Positions 1 through 10,751 of a DNA stretch of 64,000 nt are shown one piece after another. The position numbers were made by a program, and so were the translations under genes. The notes under the pieces were generated by a model. It worked only from the letters and a program-made list of their open reading frames with translations, had not been told where the DNA came from and did no database searches. Position 1 is the first letter of the stretch. Each line of letters starts with the position of its first letter. This DNA is from Nitrospinaceae bacterium. GTDB taxonomy: Bacteria > Nitrospinota > Nitrospinia > Nitrospinales > Nitrospinaceae. Location of the stretch: positions 480,001-544,000 of the forward strand of contig OZ250172.1 in the NCBI GenBank assembly GCA_965237905.1. The letters are read 5' to 3'.

Positions 1-266
1 TTGCGGGCGACACTGCAGGTCATCACCATGGTGTCGATCAAATCGTAGAGATCGCGCTTTTTGGTCACGAACACTTTGAGGAAGAGACCCAAGACACCAA
101 ACAGTTCATTGATGGGATACGCCACGAGGGTCGCGGCAATGGTTCCTCCCAGCACGATCATCGCCGAAGGCGCACTGATAAACAACTCAAGCCCGCTGTT
201 CTGCATGATGGAGGCCAACAACAGGGCCATCCCGGAAAAAATTCCTAATAAGGTTGCTATATCCAT
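1..266 (-). CDS. motA: Flagellar motor stator protein MotA/PomA, 5' part (runs off the window start; not in the ORF track)
   Basis: Hand translation from ATG at 266: MDIATLLGIFSGMALLLASIMQNSGLELFISAPSAMIVLGGTIAATLVAYP..., the typical MotA/PomA N-terminus (MD.AT..G, PS..IV.GGT.AA). Confidence 0.85.
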   Translation of the reverse strand, partial: MDIATLLGIFSGMALLLASIMQNSGLELFISAPSAMIVLGGTIAATLVAYPINELFGVLGLFLKVFVTKKRDLYDLIDTMVMTCSVAR

Positions 267-273
267 AAGAGAA

Positions 274-1620
274 TTACGGTTTTACCTGAACTTGCCCCGC
301 AACGGGGTCCACGTTATTGAATTTGAGAATTTTGTTGAGCATGTCCCGGTCCAGCACCGTGCCTTTGCGAAGCAGGTTGATGCCGGACTCGGAGTAAATA
401 TCCGAGGCCAATACCATGCCCTCTTTCAAAGCAAACACGGAACAACTGACAGCTCTCTCCTCATCGCTCTGGTTTTGAGACAACGCATAATCGGAAAGAA
501 ACGAAACCACGTTTTCGTCGAACCAGGTGCCGTTGGACTGCTCCACTCTTTTTAAAACCTCCAAAATGGAACTGTCCGGATGAGACACCATATAATGATC
601 GTAAAAACTGGCGGCGGAAAGAATCCGCGATCCAACAGGAATCTGCTCACCTACCAGACCATCGGGTTTTCCGGACCCATCGACATTTTCATGCATGTGC
701 CGGATGATTTCGGCAACGGATTCAAATCCAGCAAACCCTTTCAGAAGCATTTCTGCAACCATCGGGTGACTGGTCACTTGCCGGCTTTTCCCTTCATCAA
801 GCGCTTGCTCCACGGTTTCGTCGCGCGGCAGACTGACGATTCCCAACTCATGCAACCGTGCGGCGATCCTGAGAGTTTCAATTGAGTCCTTGGACACCTT
901 CATCTTTTCAGCGATGAAAACTGAAATTTCCGCTACCCGCTCCGAATGCCCCCGATGCTGGGATTGATTGAGCTCGATGATGTTCGTGAGCAGTCCCACC
1001 GTGGAGTCGAACCGCTCAACCAGCTCCTTGTTCATGGAAGAAATCTGGGCATTCTGGGATTCCAATTTTGAATTCATCCGCGTGATATCTTTAAGATTGT
1101 CGTTCAGCCGGCGTTTATCTTCTTGAAGCGCATCGTTCATACCCGACATTTTTTCGTGAGCCTGCTTCAATCGGGCCAGTGAATCTTCCAATTCCTGGTT
1201 TTTACCAAGAACCGTTTGATTGAGATGTTCAATTCGAAGAATAAAGTTGACGACAAAAAGCAGTTCGCCTTTTTTAATAGGCTTGATCAGGAACGCATCG
1301 GCTCCGGTTTCCTTGGCCTGGATCGCATAATCTTCATCCTCATCGTAAGCCGACATCAAAATAACGGTGGCATGGAGCCCCGATTCACGAATCCTTCGGC
1401 AAAACTCGAATCCATTCATACCAGGCAAATGGATGTCGCAAATCACAATATCCGGTTGCAGGTCATTAGCTTTTTTGAGTCCCTTCTCTCCGGACACAGC
1501 ATCATGAAACTCTATCAATTCCGGCCCGAGAGCGCTCTCCAGGATTTTCCCGACCACTTTAACCATAGCGGGATCATCATCCACAAACAGTAATTTTTTT
1601 TTCGTGTCGGTAGCGGTCAC
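274..1620 (-). CDS. Response regulator: receiver + coiled coil + degenerate HD-GYP-like domain
   Basis: Receiver motifs FVDDD, ICDIHLPGMNG, FLIKP; then GHSERVA, RLHELG, HMHENVDGSGKPDGLVGEQIPVGSRI. Confidence 0.85.
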   Translation of the reverse strand: MTATDTKKKLLFVDDDPAMVKVVGKILESALGPELIEFHDAVSGEKGLKKANDLQPDIVICDIHLPGMNGFEFCRRIRESGLHATVILMSAYDEDEDYAIQAKETGADAFLIKPIKKGELLFVVNFILRIEHLNQTVLGKNQELEDSLARLKQAHEKMSGMNDALQEDKRRLNDNLKDITRMNSKLESQNAQISSMNKELVERFDSTVGLLTNIIELNQSQHRGHSERVAEISVFIAEKMKVSKDSIETLRIAARLHELGIVSLPRDETVEQALDEGKSRQVTSHPMVAEMLLKGFAGFESVAEIIRHMHENVDGSGKPDGLVGEQIPVGSRILSAASFYDHYMVSHPDSSILEVLKRVEQSNGTWFDENVVSFLSDYALSQNQSDEERAVSCSVFALKEGMVLASDIYSESGINLLRKGTVLDRDMLNKILKFNNVDPVAGQVQVKP

Positions 1621-1757
1621 GGATGTTCACCAGATTGGTTGAGAGGACGTTGGAATAATGCTCGCAGACTTTTGGCGTCCCCAACGCCTGCGGGGAGTCG
1701 ATCCCAAAGTCTTTCCTGGAAGCGGGCGGATTTCCCCGGAATATGCTCTATTTATTC

Positions 1758-1787
1758 AGAATAGAAAGTGACCTAAAGCATTGTCAA
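1758..1787 (-). promoter_or_regulatory. Putative sigma70 promoter for the regulator-motA operon
   Basis: Minus strand TTGACA-N18-TATTCT. Confidence 0.45.
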
Positions 1788-1875
1788 GTAAAAGTTTACC
1801 CGACTTCGGGCGCAACGGGCCGAGAGTGCCCCCAAGCCCCATGCTCCAAGAGTTTTGAGACAGAATTGGACGCGA

Positions 1876-4287
1876 TCAGAAATCGTCTACATCCTCTTTT
1901 TCCACTTCAACCAGAGGCAGGGTGGTGCACCGGATGCCCACTCCGGGGTGTCTTTCGGCAGGATCAAAGGCATTACGGAAATGGCATTTGGCGTTCACCA
2001 GATAATTGAGCCAGGACCCGCCGCGGACGATTTTCTGGGTGGTGAATTGGGAGGAATACAATTGAACGCACCACTCCCAGGCATTGCCGGCCATATCAAA
2101 ACATCCGTAGGGGGAAATCCCCTCCTCGAAATCCATCACCGGGTTGGTACGACCGACCACAAAGTCGGCGGTGTTGCAATATCCGGTCTGGTACCCCATA
2201 GCCTCTCCCCAGGGATAATCGCGGCCATCGGTTCCACGCGAGGTTTTTTCCCACTCCGTTTCGGTCGGGAGCCGCAACCCCAACCACAACGCAAAGACCG
2301 TGGCCTCGTAATAGTTGATACCGATGACCGGTTGATCCTTGTCCCAGGAGTACTTGGGATAACGGAACTGGAACCGGGGATCGAACTGCTGGTACAACTC
2401 GTTGGTGGTGAGGTATTTCATGATCGAAAATTCTTTCATTTCGATTTGGTCTTCCTCATCTTGTTCATCCTGATAAATAAATTTTCCTGCCGGCACCGTC
2501 ACCATCTCCGTCCATTTTTTAATAACTGCGGTATTGACCGTTTTCGAATTATTATGTTCATTCAAAAATTCCTGCAGGTCGGGCAACGCCAACACGGCTT
2601 CAAAGTTCTGACTGTCGATCACTTCTTTCCAGTCGATGTTGTGAAGGGCCATCAGTAGCTCGAGTACACCATAAAGAATTCTGGAGTCGCGCTTATCCCG
2701 TTTGAGGAGATTGCGGGTCAACGTCTGCAGAGTATCTCGGTCGTTTTGATCAAGAACCGCCGCCAGCCGCACCAATCGGTTTTTGGAAAACTGCGGTTGC
2801 GCTTCGGGACACTGGTATTTCAGCAACTGGCCGACGATTAAACGGCGGTTTTCGGACACCGTTTCCATTTCCGCCAAAACATGGCCCGCCAGAAATAACG
2901 CCCCCTCTTCCAGAAGAATATCCAATAGCGTATCAGAGGAAATGGAAGTGGTTCCTGCGAAAAACTGAAACAGATTCTGCCAGGAATCGTCGCGGCAATG
3001 GTCCCGCAAGATCGGCTCCCACTCGGCGTCCCGGGCCAACGCCTGTCCCGCAAAATATTCCTGAAACGAAGGATGACGGAACTCCCAGCGCGTGGGAGTC
3101 GATTGGATCAACTGGTCAAAGGGAGCGCACACTCGACCGTCGACATACAACTTTTTTAAATGGGCGCCACGGTCTTCAAAGATTTTCAATTCAAATCCCG
3201 TTTCCGCATCCTGCTGGCGCTGGCGATGATCCTCCCGGACCAATTGCAGGGAAATGTCTTCCAGAGTCTTCAGGCATTCCTGAACTTCCGCATCCGGCTT
3301 TGTTGGCTCCTTGCCGATAAAAATTTCATCGATCCAGGTGCGGTACAGGTGCGTCCGCGAAGTGACGCCTTGGAGTTTTTCACCGTCCGCCAAAGACCGG
3401 ATCATTTTCAGCAGAAGGGGATTTTGAAACAGCTCCGGGTAAAACAACTGAAACTTTTCCGCCTGGGACTTGATCGAGGCCGAGGGCAAATAGTGCCTCC
3501 GCTGCATGTCGCTGACGGGTTGGATGGCGACACGAAACGTCGAGTCCTGCCCCCGCTTGACGATTGAAGTGGTGGCAAAGGATCCGAACCCAACTGACCG
3601 GGTAACGATCATCACAAAATTATCGCGCAGGGCGTCGCCATCGACCACCACGTCAAAATAAATCTGGAACCGGTCATCCGGCATAAGTTGATCAAACCCA
3701 TCGAGCAAAAAGAGAATCTGCCCGGTCAACACCAGACGATTAACGGTCCGTTCCAAAAGAGATTCCTGGATTTCCAAATCCGGCTGTTCCTCTCGTTCCA
3801 GAAGAACCACGGCCATGATCTGCCGGTACAATTCCGGATAAAATTCCTGAAACCCGGTGCCCTCCGGCAATTGCGACAGGTCAAAGTATACCGGCATGGG
3901 ATATTCCCTGGCGGCTTCCGCCTGCAAGAGACGCTCCTGATAAACCTGGAGAAAGGTGGTTTTCCCCATGCCCGAATCCGCCTCCAGCATGACCTTGGAG
4001 GTTTGAACATCGAGAAGATTCTCGGTCACTTCACGTGGATTATGGAACACCTGCTCCTGGAGGCTCTGCCGGTGCACTATGGGATTCATATCGAGTAGAA
4101 CCGGTTCGATATAAACCTCTTCTCCCCGGCCTTTGCCGAGAGCAGCATCCAATTCTGCCGTGACTTGTGCTAGCCGGTGCTTGCGATAGGTGGCAATGAC
4201 CCACTCCGGGGATTCCTCCGGTCGAACCTGAACCTCCGGGACTTCCGCCTCCGGCCTTAAAATAGGTATATCCTTGCTTTCACTCAT
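1876..4287 (-). CDS. NACHT-type NTPase with C-terminal formylglycine-generating enzyme (FGE/SUMF1)-like domain
   Basis: Walker [10 protein letters not shown], Walker [27 protein letters not shown]-terminal [41 protein letters not shown]. Confidence 0.85.
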   Translation of the reverse strand: MSESKDIPILRPEAEVPEVQVRPEESPEWVIATYRKHRLAQVTAELDAALGKGRGEEVYIEPVLLDMNPIVHRQSLQEQVFHNPREVTENLLDVQTSKVMLEADSGMGKTTFLQVYQERLLQAEAAREYPMPVYFDLSQLPEGTGFQEFYPELYRQIMAVVLLEREEQPDLEIQESLLERTVNRLVLTGQILFLLDGFDQLMPDDRFQIYFDVVVDGDALRDNFVMIVTRSVGFGSFATTSIVKRGQDSTFRVAIQPVSDMQRRHYLPSASIKSQAEKFQLFYPELFQNPLLLKMIRSLADGEKLQGVTSRTHLYRTWIDEIFIGKEPTKPDAEVQECLKTLEDISLQLVREDHRQRQQDAETGFELKIFEDRGAHLKKLYVDGRVCAPFDQLIQSTPTRWEFRHPSFQEYFAGQALARDAEWEPILRDHCRDDSWQNLFQFFAGTTSISSDTLLDILLEEGALFLAGHVLAEMETVSENRRLIVGQLLKYQCPEAQPQFSKNRLVRLAAVLDQNDRDTLQTLTRNLLKRDKRDSRILYGVLELLMALHNIDWKEVIDSQNFEAVLALPDLQEFLNEHNNSKTVNTAVIKKWTEMVTVPAGKFIYQDEQDEEDQIEMKEFSIMKYLTTNELYQQFDPRFQFRYPKYSWDKDQPVIGINYYEATVFALWLGLRLPTETEWEKTSRGTDGRDYPWGEAMGYQTGYCNTADFVVGRTNPVMDFEEGISPYGCFDMAGNAWEWCVQLYSSQFTTQKIVRGGSWLNYLVNAKCHFRNAFDPAERHPGVGIRCTTLPLVEVEKEDVDDF

Positions 4288-4364
4288 GCGGTTTTTTTCA
4301 TATAATCAATTTAGGAATTACCCCAGAGTCTATCATATTCACCTTTGCAACCCGACAAAAACAC

Positions 4365-5033
4365 GTGTTTTTCCCATTTCACGACGAAAACCCGACCCGG
4401 TATTTTCCCCTGCTCACGATCGTGCTGATTGGTTCGAATATCTTCGTGTTTTTTTGGGAGTTTTCCTATCCCGGCCAGATCGCCTCGCTATTCACCAGCT
4501 ACGGCCTGGTGCCTTATAATTTTGTCCATGCGCCGATTCAAACCTATCCCACTGTCTTTTCCGCCATGTTCCTGCATGCCGGGCTCATGCACCTGGCGGG
4601 CAATATGCTCTTCCTCTGGATTTTCGGGAATAACATCGAGGATGTGCTGGGGAAAATCCGGTTCATCTGCTTCTACCTGATTTGCGGAATCATTGCGGCC
4701 ATGTGCCACGTCTTCATGGATACCGGATCGGAAATTCCTATGGTCGGCGCCAGCGGCGCCATCTCAGGAGTACTCGGCGCCTACCTGATGCTGTTTCCCA
4801 AGGCCAAGGTGAAAACGCTGGTGTTTCTCGGAATTCTGATCACCATCGTTCGCATTCCGGCGGCGTTCCTGCTGGTCTTCTGGCTGGGGATTCAGATCTA
4901 CAGCAACATGGCTATGAGCAATGAAGGCGGGGGGGTGGCATGGATGGCCCACATCGGGGGCTTCGTGGCGGGAATGGTTTTGATCTTACCGTTCAAGGCT
5001 TCTCTCAGACCAGCCAGATCAAGAGTCCGCTAA
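4365..5033 (+). CDS. Rhomboid family intramembrane serine protease
   Basis: FLHAGLMHLAGNM, GASGAISG (catalytic Ser), AHIGGF (catalytic His). Confidence 0.93.
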   Translation: MFFPFHDENPTRYFPLLTIVLIGSNIFVFFWEFSYPGQIASLFTSYGLVPYNFVHAPIQTYPTVFSAMFLHAGLMHLAGNMLFLWIFGNNIEDVLGKIRFICFYLICGIIAAMCHVFMDTGSEIPMVGASGAISGVLGAYLMLFPKAKVKTLVFLGILITIVRIPAAFLLVFWLGIQIYSNMAMSNEGGGVAWMAHIGGFVAGMVLILPFKASLRPARSRVR

Positions 5034-5215
5034 ACAGTGAACATGGAAACCAGGAGGACGATGATCATGATCACAAAAAAAATCCACATCGTCATAAAAG
5101 CCCAGCCGCCGAACCGTGGGTAATTGGGAATCGGAACAGGGGTACCGCAGTGCGGACAGGTTTCCAGTTCGCCATCATATTCCTTATCGCATTGAGCGCA
5201 CCGAATCGTCTCCAT
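5030..5215 (-). CDS. Small zinc-ribbon protein with C-terminal transmembrane helix
   Basis: CAQC...CPHC followed by a hydrophobic helix. Confidence 0.65.
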   Translation of the reverse strand: METIRCAQCDKEYDGELETCPHCGTPVPIPNYPRFGGWAFMTMWIFFVIMIIVLLVSMFTV

Positions 5216-5273
5216 ATTAAAAGGGTAACACGTTTCATCGACAGCAGACAGATGGGTTTCCTTCAGGGTTTTC

Positions 5274-6521
5274 TCACTCCGCCAAAACCAGGCGGAGCAG
5301 ATTCAACGCCGCCTGGGCGGCACGCTCCTTGTTGCGGACCCGATCTTGATGAAACAGAAACTTCTCGCATCGGGTGCCTTGCGCTCCGGTCACGGCGATA
5401 AAGGTGAGCCCCACCGGCTTGTCAGGAGTGCCACCCGTGGGACCGGCAATGCCCGTCACCGCCAACCCGAAATCACTTCCGGATTTTTGGCGGATTCCCT
5501 CTGCCATCGCCGTCGCCACTTCTGCGCTAACTGCTCCATGAGCTTCGATCAGTGCCGGGTCCACGCCCAGTCGGATTTGCTTCGCTTCATTACTATAGGT
5601 CACCGCCCCTTCCAAAAAATAGTCGGAACTTCCCGAAACGTTGGTCAGGCGGTGTCCGATCAATCCTCCTGTACAGGACTCCGCCACCGCAAGAGTCCAT
5701 TGCTTTTTCTTTAACAGCTTACCGATACTCCCTTCGAGGGTTTCGTCGTCGACGGCAAAGATATGATGATCGATCTTCTGCCGCAACAGTTTTTCGGCGG
5801 CGTCCAGCTGGGCAGTGGTTTCTTTCAAGTCTTTGCCGGTTGCGGTAAACCGGATGCGAACTCCCAGGAGCGATGGCAGTGAAGCCACCTTCACATGCTC
5901 CTCGAAGGGAGACACCGGACCGATTTCTTCCCACAGCGCCGACTCGGGAATACCGGTGGTTTTTAAAATCCGGTGCTCCACTTTCATTGTTCCCAGCGAC
6001 TCCAGGTGCGGGACAATATACGTTTCCAATAGATGCTCAGCTTCCAGGGGAACGCCGGGCAGGGAATAGACACGTTTCCCATTTTTCTCAAACAGGAGAC
6101 CGGGTGCCGTGCCCTGGCTGTTGTGAAGAATCGTGGCCTGCTCCGGAACCTCCGCCTGGACATAAGCGGCTTGGGGGGCTTCTCTTCCACGCGACTGGAA
6201 TATGGTATCGATCCTGCGCTTGACCTCGGCATCCGTCACCAGGCCCGAATCGAAGAACCGGCACAGCACGTGTTTGGTGATGTCATCATGCGTGGGACCC
6301 AGCCCGCCGGTGAGGATCACGCAATCGACCCTCTCCAGCGCCTGCTTCAAGGCCCCGGCAATCGCCTCTTCATCATCACCCACCGAGACATGGCGAGTCA
6401 CGGGAACGCCCAGGGTTTCCAACCGCCGTGTGATGGCACCGGAATTGGTGTCCGCCACTAAACCGGTAATGATCTCGTTACCGATCGTCAAAATTTCAGC
6501 ATTGTATGGGATGGGTTTCAT
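5274..6521 (-). CDS. cinA: Competence/damage-inducible protein CinA (MoCF-like + PncC NMN deamidase)
   Basis: IGNEIITG..DTN, GGLGPTHDDIT, AESCTGG, TGIAGPTGG. Confidence 0.93.
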   Translation of the reverse strand: MKPIPYNAEILTIGNEIITGLVADTNSGAITRRLETLGVPVTRHVSVGDDEEAIAGALKQALERVDCVILTGGLGPTHDDITKHVLCRFFDSGLVTDAEVKRRIDTIFQSRGREAPQAAYVQAEVPEQATILHNSQGTAPGLLFEKNGKRVYSLPGVPLEAEHLLETYIVPHLESLGTMKVEHRILKTTGIPESALWEEIGPVSPFEEHVKVASLPSLLGVRIRFTATGKDLKETTAQLDAAEKLLRQKIDHHIFAVDDETLEGSIGKLLKKKQWTLAVAESCTGGLIGHRLTNVSGSSDYFLEGAVTYSNEAKQIRLGVDPALIEAHGAVSAEVATAMAEGIRQKSGSDFGLAVTGIAGPTGGTPDKPVGLTFIAVTGAQGTRCEKFLFHQDRVRNKERAAQAALNLLRLVLAE

Positions 6522-6704
6522 TATAATCGTTCCAAGGAATCAATCCCTGCCTTCGATGGCTCGTTTTTCATGGACGCAGGGTCTTCATTGTTATAACCTT
6601 GATCACAACGTAAAACAACACGCATCGATCGACTTTGCCGGTTCCCATTGCCACCCTACAATCTTCCGTCTGTGTCGTTTCTTTCTTTGATTATTTGATC
6701 GCTG

Positions 6705-7943
6705 ATGATTGATTCTTCTAATTTAGCCCCGGAAGCCCTGGCTCAAAAAACGTTTCGGTGGGACCTGCTTCGCGGATTTTTCCGGGGAATACTCACGTCA
6801 GGAACCCAAACCTTTGGCTTGTTCATCGCCATCCGCTACTTTGATGCCGAGCTTTTTTCCAAATCGCTGATCGGTTCGGCCCCTTTCATGGGAATGCTCT
6901 TTTCGTTATTCCTGTTTCATTACGCGGCCTTGACGAATTTAAAAAAATCGATTTGCGGCAGTCTGCCCATGATCCTATGCGGTGCTCTACTGATCCTTTC
7001 CGCCGGCGCCGATTCCCTGTGGTCTTACACCCTGTGCATCGTCCTGGGGTTCATGATGCTGACCGCTATCATTCCTTTTCTGACGTCCATTTATAATGAC
7101 AATTATCCGGCCGGCCGGCGCGGCGCTTTTTACTCCAAAGCGGTGCTCGTCACCGTATTGGTTTCCATTGTCTCGGGATTTGTCGGCTCCTCGTTGATGG
7201 ACCAGGACCCGGACTTTTACCGGTGGGTTCTGATCGTTCTGGGCATAGCCGGTCTGGGAAAAGCCTACGCCATCTGGCACCTGCCCTCGGATAAAATCGA
7301 GGACCACAACCACACCAATCCATTCAATCACATGAAACTGGTGTTGGAGGACCGCTCCTTCGGCTATGTTCTCCTGACGTGGTTCATTATGGGGTTCGCC
7401 AACTTGTGGGTACTGCCCCTGCGCGTCGATTACCTCACGTCGAGTACCTACGGCATCGAAGGGTCCGCATTGTTCGTCGCCACCATCATCACCATAGTTC
7501 CCGATCTCATGCGGGCCTTTTCAGCGCCGCTGTTGGCGAAGTTGTTCGACCGCATAAATTTTGTCATTCTGCGCATGATCATCAACATCATTTTCGCGCT
7601 CGGGGTTGGTCTATTCTTTCTGACCAAGGACCCCTGGGTGATTGGGCTCGCCTCGGCACTGATCGGTATCGCCTTCGGGGGCGGCACGGTGGCGTGGAGT
7701 TTGTGGGTCACCAAGTACGCGCCCCCCGGAAAAGTGGGCGCCTACATGTCGGTCCACGTCTTCTTGACTGGAGTGCGCGGCACCCTGGGTCCGCTGATCG
7801 GATTCTGGACCGTGCAACAGATCGGACCGTCCGCCATCGGGATGGTTTCGTTTGCCCTGATGATACTGGCGACATTGATGCTCATCCCCGAAATCAGGCA
7901 CGGACGCGGGAGGCATATTCCAACCTCTCAGATCATCCCCTAG
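6705..7943 (+). CDS. MFS transporter
   Basis: 412 aa with about 12 hydrophobic segments; YPAGRRG loop motif. Confidence 0.8.
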   Translation: MIDSSNLAPEALAQKTFRWDLLRGFFRGILTSGTQTFGLFIAIRYFDAELFSKSLIGSAPFMGMLFSLFLFHYAALTNLKKSICGSLPMILCGALLILSAGADSLWSYTLCIVLGFMMLTAIIPFLTSIYNDNYPAGRRGAFYSKAVLVTVLVSIVSGFVGSSLMDQDPDFYRWVLIVLGIAGLGKAYAIWHLPSDKIEDHNHTNPFNHMKLVLEDRSFGYVLLTWFIMGFANLWVLPLRVDYLTSSTYGIEGSALFVATIITIVPDLMRAFSAPLLAKLFDRINFVILRMIINIIFALGVGLFFLTKDPWVIGLASALIGIAFGGGTVAWSLWVTKYAPPGKVGAYMSVHVFLTGVRGTLGPLIGFWTVQQIGPSAIGMVSFALMILATLMLIPEIRHGRGRHIPTSQIIP

Positions 7944-8044
7944 TCCACGAAGAATCCGGGCCAGACATTGCTTGATATGATCCCGCAAAATTGCTATATA
8001 ATCAAAGTTTCCAAGTAATCCTGCCTATATATAAGGAGAGCGTT

Positions 8045-8569
8045 TTGGCCACTTCCAAAAAGAAAACTGCAAAACCTCTGGTCGGAATCGTGATGGGGAG
8101 CGACTCGGATTATGCCATCATGAGCGAGGCGTCGAAAGTTCTGGATCAGTTCGGAGTTGCCAATGAGGTTTTGGTGACCTCGGCGCATCGCACCCCGGCA
8201 CGAACCAGAAAATATGTCGAACAGTGTCGCAAACGCGGCATCAAGGTATTGATCGCCGGTGCGGGAGCCGCCGCCCATCTGGCCGGTGTCATCGCCGCGG
8301 AAACGATTCTGCCGGTCATCGGCGTACCGATCGGCTCCAGTCCTCTGCAAGGATTCGACTCCCTGCTCTCCACCGCACAAATGCCGGGAGGCGTTTCGGT
8401 TGCCACCATGGCCATCGGCAGAGCCGGAGCGAAAAACGCGGGAATTCTGGCCGTTCAAATACTGGCCTTGAGCGATCCCCGGCTCACCAAAAAACTGGAC
8501 CAGTACAAAAAGGATATGGCCAAGCAGGTGGAAGCGAAAAGCCGGAAGCTCGAAGCCGAACATGGCTAA
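8045..8569 (+). CDS. purE: N5-CAIR mutase
   Basis: IVMGSDSD, SAHRTP, AGAGAAAHLAG, QMPGGV; TTG start at 8045 follows AAGGAG (ORF track starts at 7991). Confidence 0.95.
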   Translation: MATSKKKTAKPLVGIVMGSDSDYAIMSEASKVLDQFGVANEVLVTSAHRTPARTRKYVEQCRKRGIKVLIAGAGAAAHLAGVIAAETILPVIGVPIGSSPLQGFDSLLSTAQMPGGVSVATMAIGRAGAKNAGILAVQILALSDPRLTKKLDQYKKDMAKQVEAKSRKLEAEHG

Positions 8570-9200
8570 CGTCCTACAAGTCGATTTTGAACAACTGGAC
8601 CCCACCTCCATCAAGAATATTCAATCCGTTTTGAATGCCAGCGGAGTGATCGCGTTTCCCACCGATACGTTTTACGGGCTGGGAGCCGACCCTTCCAATC
8701 CCGACGCCCTCTCTAAAATTTTTCGAATCAAACAACGTCCGCCGGACAAACCACTGTTGATCCTCATTCATTCCCTCGATCAATTGGAAGACCTGACCCA
8801 AGAGGTGACCGATCACGCCCACACGCTCATGGAGCATTTTTGGCCGGGACCGTTGACACTCCTATTCAAAGCGGCACCCGGACTGCCGGATGCGTTAACC
8901 GCTGGAACGGGTACAATTGGAATCCGTCTGCCGGGCCATCCTTTCACCCTCCGGTTGCTTGAAAGATTGGGCCAACCATTGACCGCACCCAGCGCCAATC
9001 TCAGTGAGGCGAAAGAACCCCGAACGGCCCAGGAAGTGGTAAGAGAACTGGGAGATGCGCTGGACCTGATCGTCGACGGCGGCCCGGCTCCAGGAGGAAA
9101 AGTGTCCACGATCCTCGATACCACCACGGAACCTCCAATCCTGCTCCGAGAGGGAGCCTTGTCCCGCAGTGATTTGGAATCGGTGCTCCCAGTACAGTAG
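8562..9200 (+). CDS. tsaC: L-threonylcarbamoyladenylate synthase (Sua5/YrdC)
   Basis: FPTDTFYGLG, IKQRPPDKPL, FWPGPLT, APSANLS. Confidence 0.93.
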   Translation: MANVLQVDFEQLDPTSIKNIQSVLNASGVIAFPTDTFYGLGADPSNPDALSKIFRIKQRPPDKPLLILIHSLDQLEDLTQEVTDHAHTLMEHFWPGPLTLLFKAAPGLPDALTAGTGTIGIRLPGHPFTLRLLERLGQPLTAPSANLSEAKEPRTAQEVVRELGDALDLIVDGGPAPGGKVSTILDTTTEPPILLREGALSRSDLESVLPVQ

Positions 9201-9304
9201 GGGTAACCTTTCAGCAAACTCCGAAATTGAGGCTTACGAATTTTCCCGTCATGTCCTATAATAATAGGATTCGGAACGAATCAATTCACACATAGGGTGC
9301 CAGC

Positions 9305-9685
9305 ATGATTCATGGAACGGGAGTGGACCTCATCGAGATTTCCCGGATCAAAAGCTCGATTCAGAAATACTCCGGAAAGTTCGAGGAACGGGTGTTTACT
9401 TCGAAAGAAATCGATTACTGCCGTTCCAAAGCCGATCCGTTCAAACACTTCGCCGCCCGGTTCGCCGCCAAGGAAGCGGTGCTGAAGTCGCTGGGAACCG
9501 GCATGGCGGAGGGCATCGCCTGGAAAGACATGGAAATTCTGAACCAGGAATCGGGACGGCCGGTATTGAGCCTGAGCGGTAAAGGCCGGGATATCTTTGA
9601 TTCGCTGAATCTGAGGAATATCCATATTTCCATCACCCATGACAAACAATATGCTGTCGCCCAGGCCATTGCGGAAATGAATTGA
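9305..9685 (+). CDS. acpS: Holo-ACP synthase
   Basis: GTGVDLIEISRI, ARFAAKEAVLKSLGTG, ISITHD. Confidence 0.95.
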   Translation: MIHGTGVDLIEISRIKSSIQKYSGKFEERVFTSKEIDYCRSKADPFKHFAARFAAKEAVLKSLGTGMAEGIAWKDMEILNQESGRPVLSLSGKGRDIFDSLNLRNIHISITHDKQYAVAQAIAEMN

Positions 9686-9758
9686 CCTGCCGGATGGCCG
9701 CCAACCGTTTTGGCACTTTCTGTCGAATACAAACCTTCCTTAATACTTAGAGTTTTCA

Positions 9759-10703
9759 TTGGACCGCCGCCAGACAATCCCTAAAAAGATCCGTTATTTT
9801 CTGGAATATATTCTGTTCCGGCTTATTTTGTTTCCTATCCAAATGCTTTCCCTGAAGGGGGTCTGCCTCTTGGGACGGCTCCTTGGGAACACCCTTTATC
9901 ATATTTCTCCAAAGCGGAGGAAAATTGCCCGCATCAATTTGGATATCGCATTTGGCGACACCAAAACCATTGCAGAAAAAAATCGCATTACCAAACAATC
10001 CATGATCTATATGGTAACGATTGCCCTGCAATGCCTATGGGTCACACGCAATACGGAACAAAGGATCTATCAGCTCTTCCCATCCCATCCCGAAGGCATA
10101 GAGCATCTGGACCAGGCCCTGAAGCGAGACAAGGGTGCTTTTTACCTGATGGCCCATTATGGGAACTGGGAGGCTCTTGGGGTTTATTGGGGACATGAAA
10201 ATTTCTCACAGGTCTACTCGATTGCGCGGAAGTTGGACAACCCTTATCTCGAAAATCTCATAAACAAATTAAGGACCACTTCTGGAGGCGGTGTTTTTCA
10301 CAAAGAAGGTTCCCCTCTAAAAGTAGTCCGCGCTTTAAAGAAGAACTCCTGTGTGGCGGTCATGATGGATCAGAACGGAGATATCGGTGGGCTGTTCGTG
10401 GATTTTTTCGGCAAGAAAGCCGCCACACCCCGTTCCCTGGCGTTGCTGAGTTATTCTACCGGCGCACCCGTGCTTCCGCTTATCCCCTACCCCACCGAGA
10501 AAGGAACGTATCAAGCCGTTCTCTTTCCCGAAATAAAGCTGGAAAAAACCGGTGATAAGGATAAAGACATTTTTCGATGGACGGAGGAATACCAAAAGGT
10601 GCTGGAGAAAATTATCCGGGAACGGCCGGAGCCTTGGATGTGGTTTCACCGACGATGGAAGTCCCGCCCTCCGGGTGAAGAAGGACGCATTTCCATTTAT
10701 TGA
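9759..10703 (+). CDS. Lipid A late acyltransferase (LpxL/HtrB family)
   Basis: HYGNWE, MMDQN, FVDFFG, PEPWMWFHRRWK. Confidence 0.88.
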   Translation: MDRRQTIPKKIRYFLEYILFRLILFPIQMLSLKGVCLLGRLLGNTLYHISPKRRKIARINLDIAFGDTKTIAEKNRITKQSMIYMVTIALQCLWVTRNTEQRIYQLFPSHPEGIEHLDQALKRDKGAFYLMAHYGNWEALGVYWGHENFSQVYSIARKLDNPYLENLINKLRTTSGGGVFHKEGSPLKVVRALKKNSCVAVMMDQNGDIGGLFVDFFGKKAATPRSLALLSYSTGAPVLPLIPYPTEKGTYQAVLFPEIKLEKTGDKDKDIFRWTEEYQKVLEKIIRERPEPWMWFHRRWKSRPPGEEGRISIY

Positions 10704-10751
10704 AGTGCGGGAGCCGGGACTAAAAACCCGATCCGTTATTCACGATCGGTC

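Noticed and set aside
1621..1745. c-di-GMP-I riboswitch (GGGACGC..AAAG-like segment) before the motility operon
   Set aside because: The GCAAAC/GAAA tetraloop P2 and the receptor elements are not found; kept only as a generic structured leader
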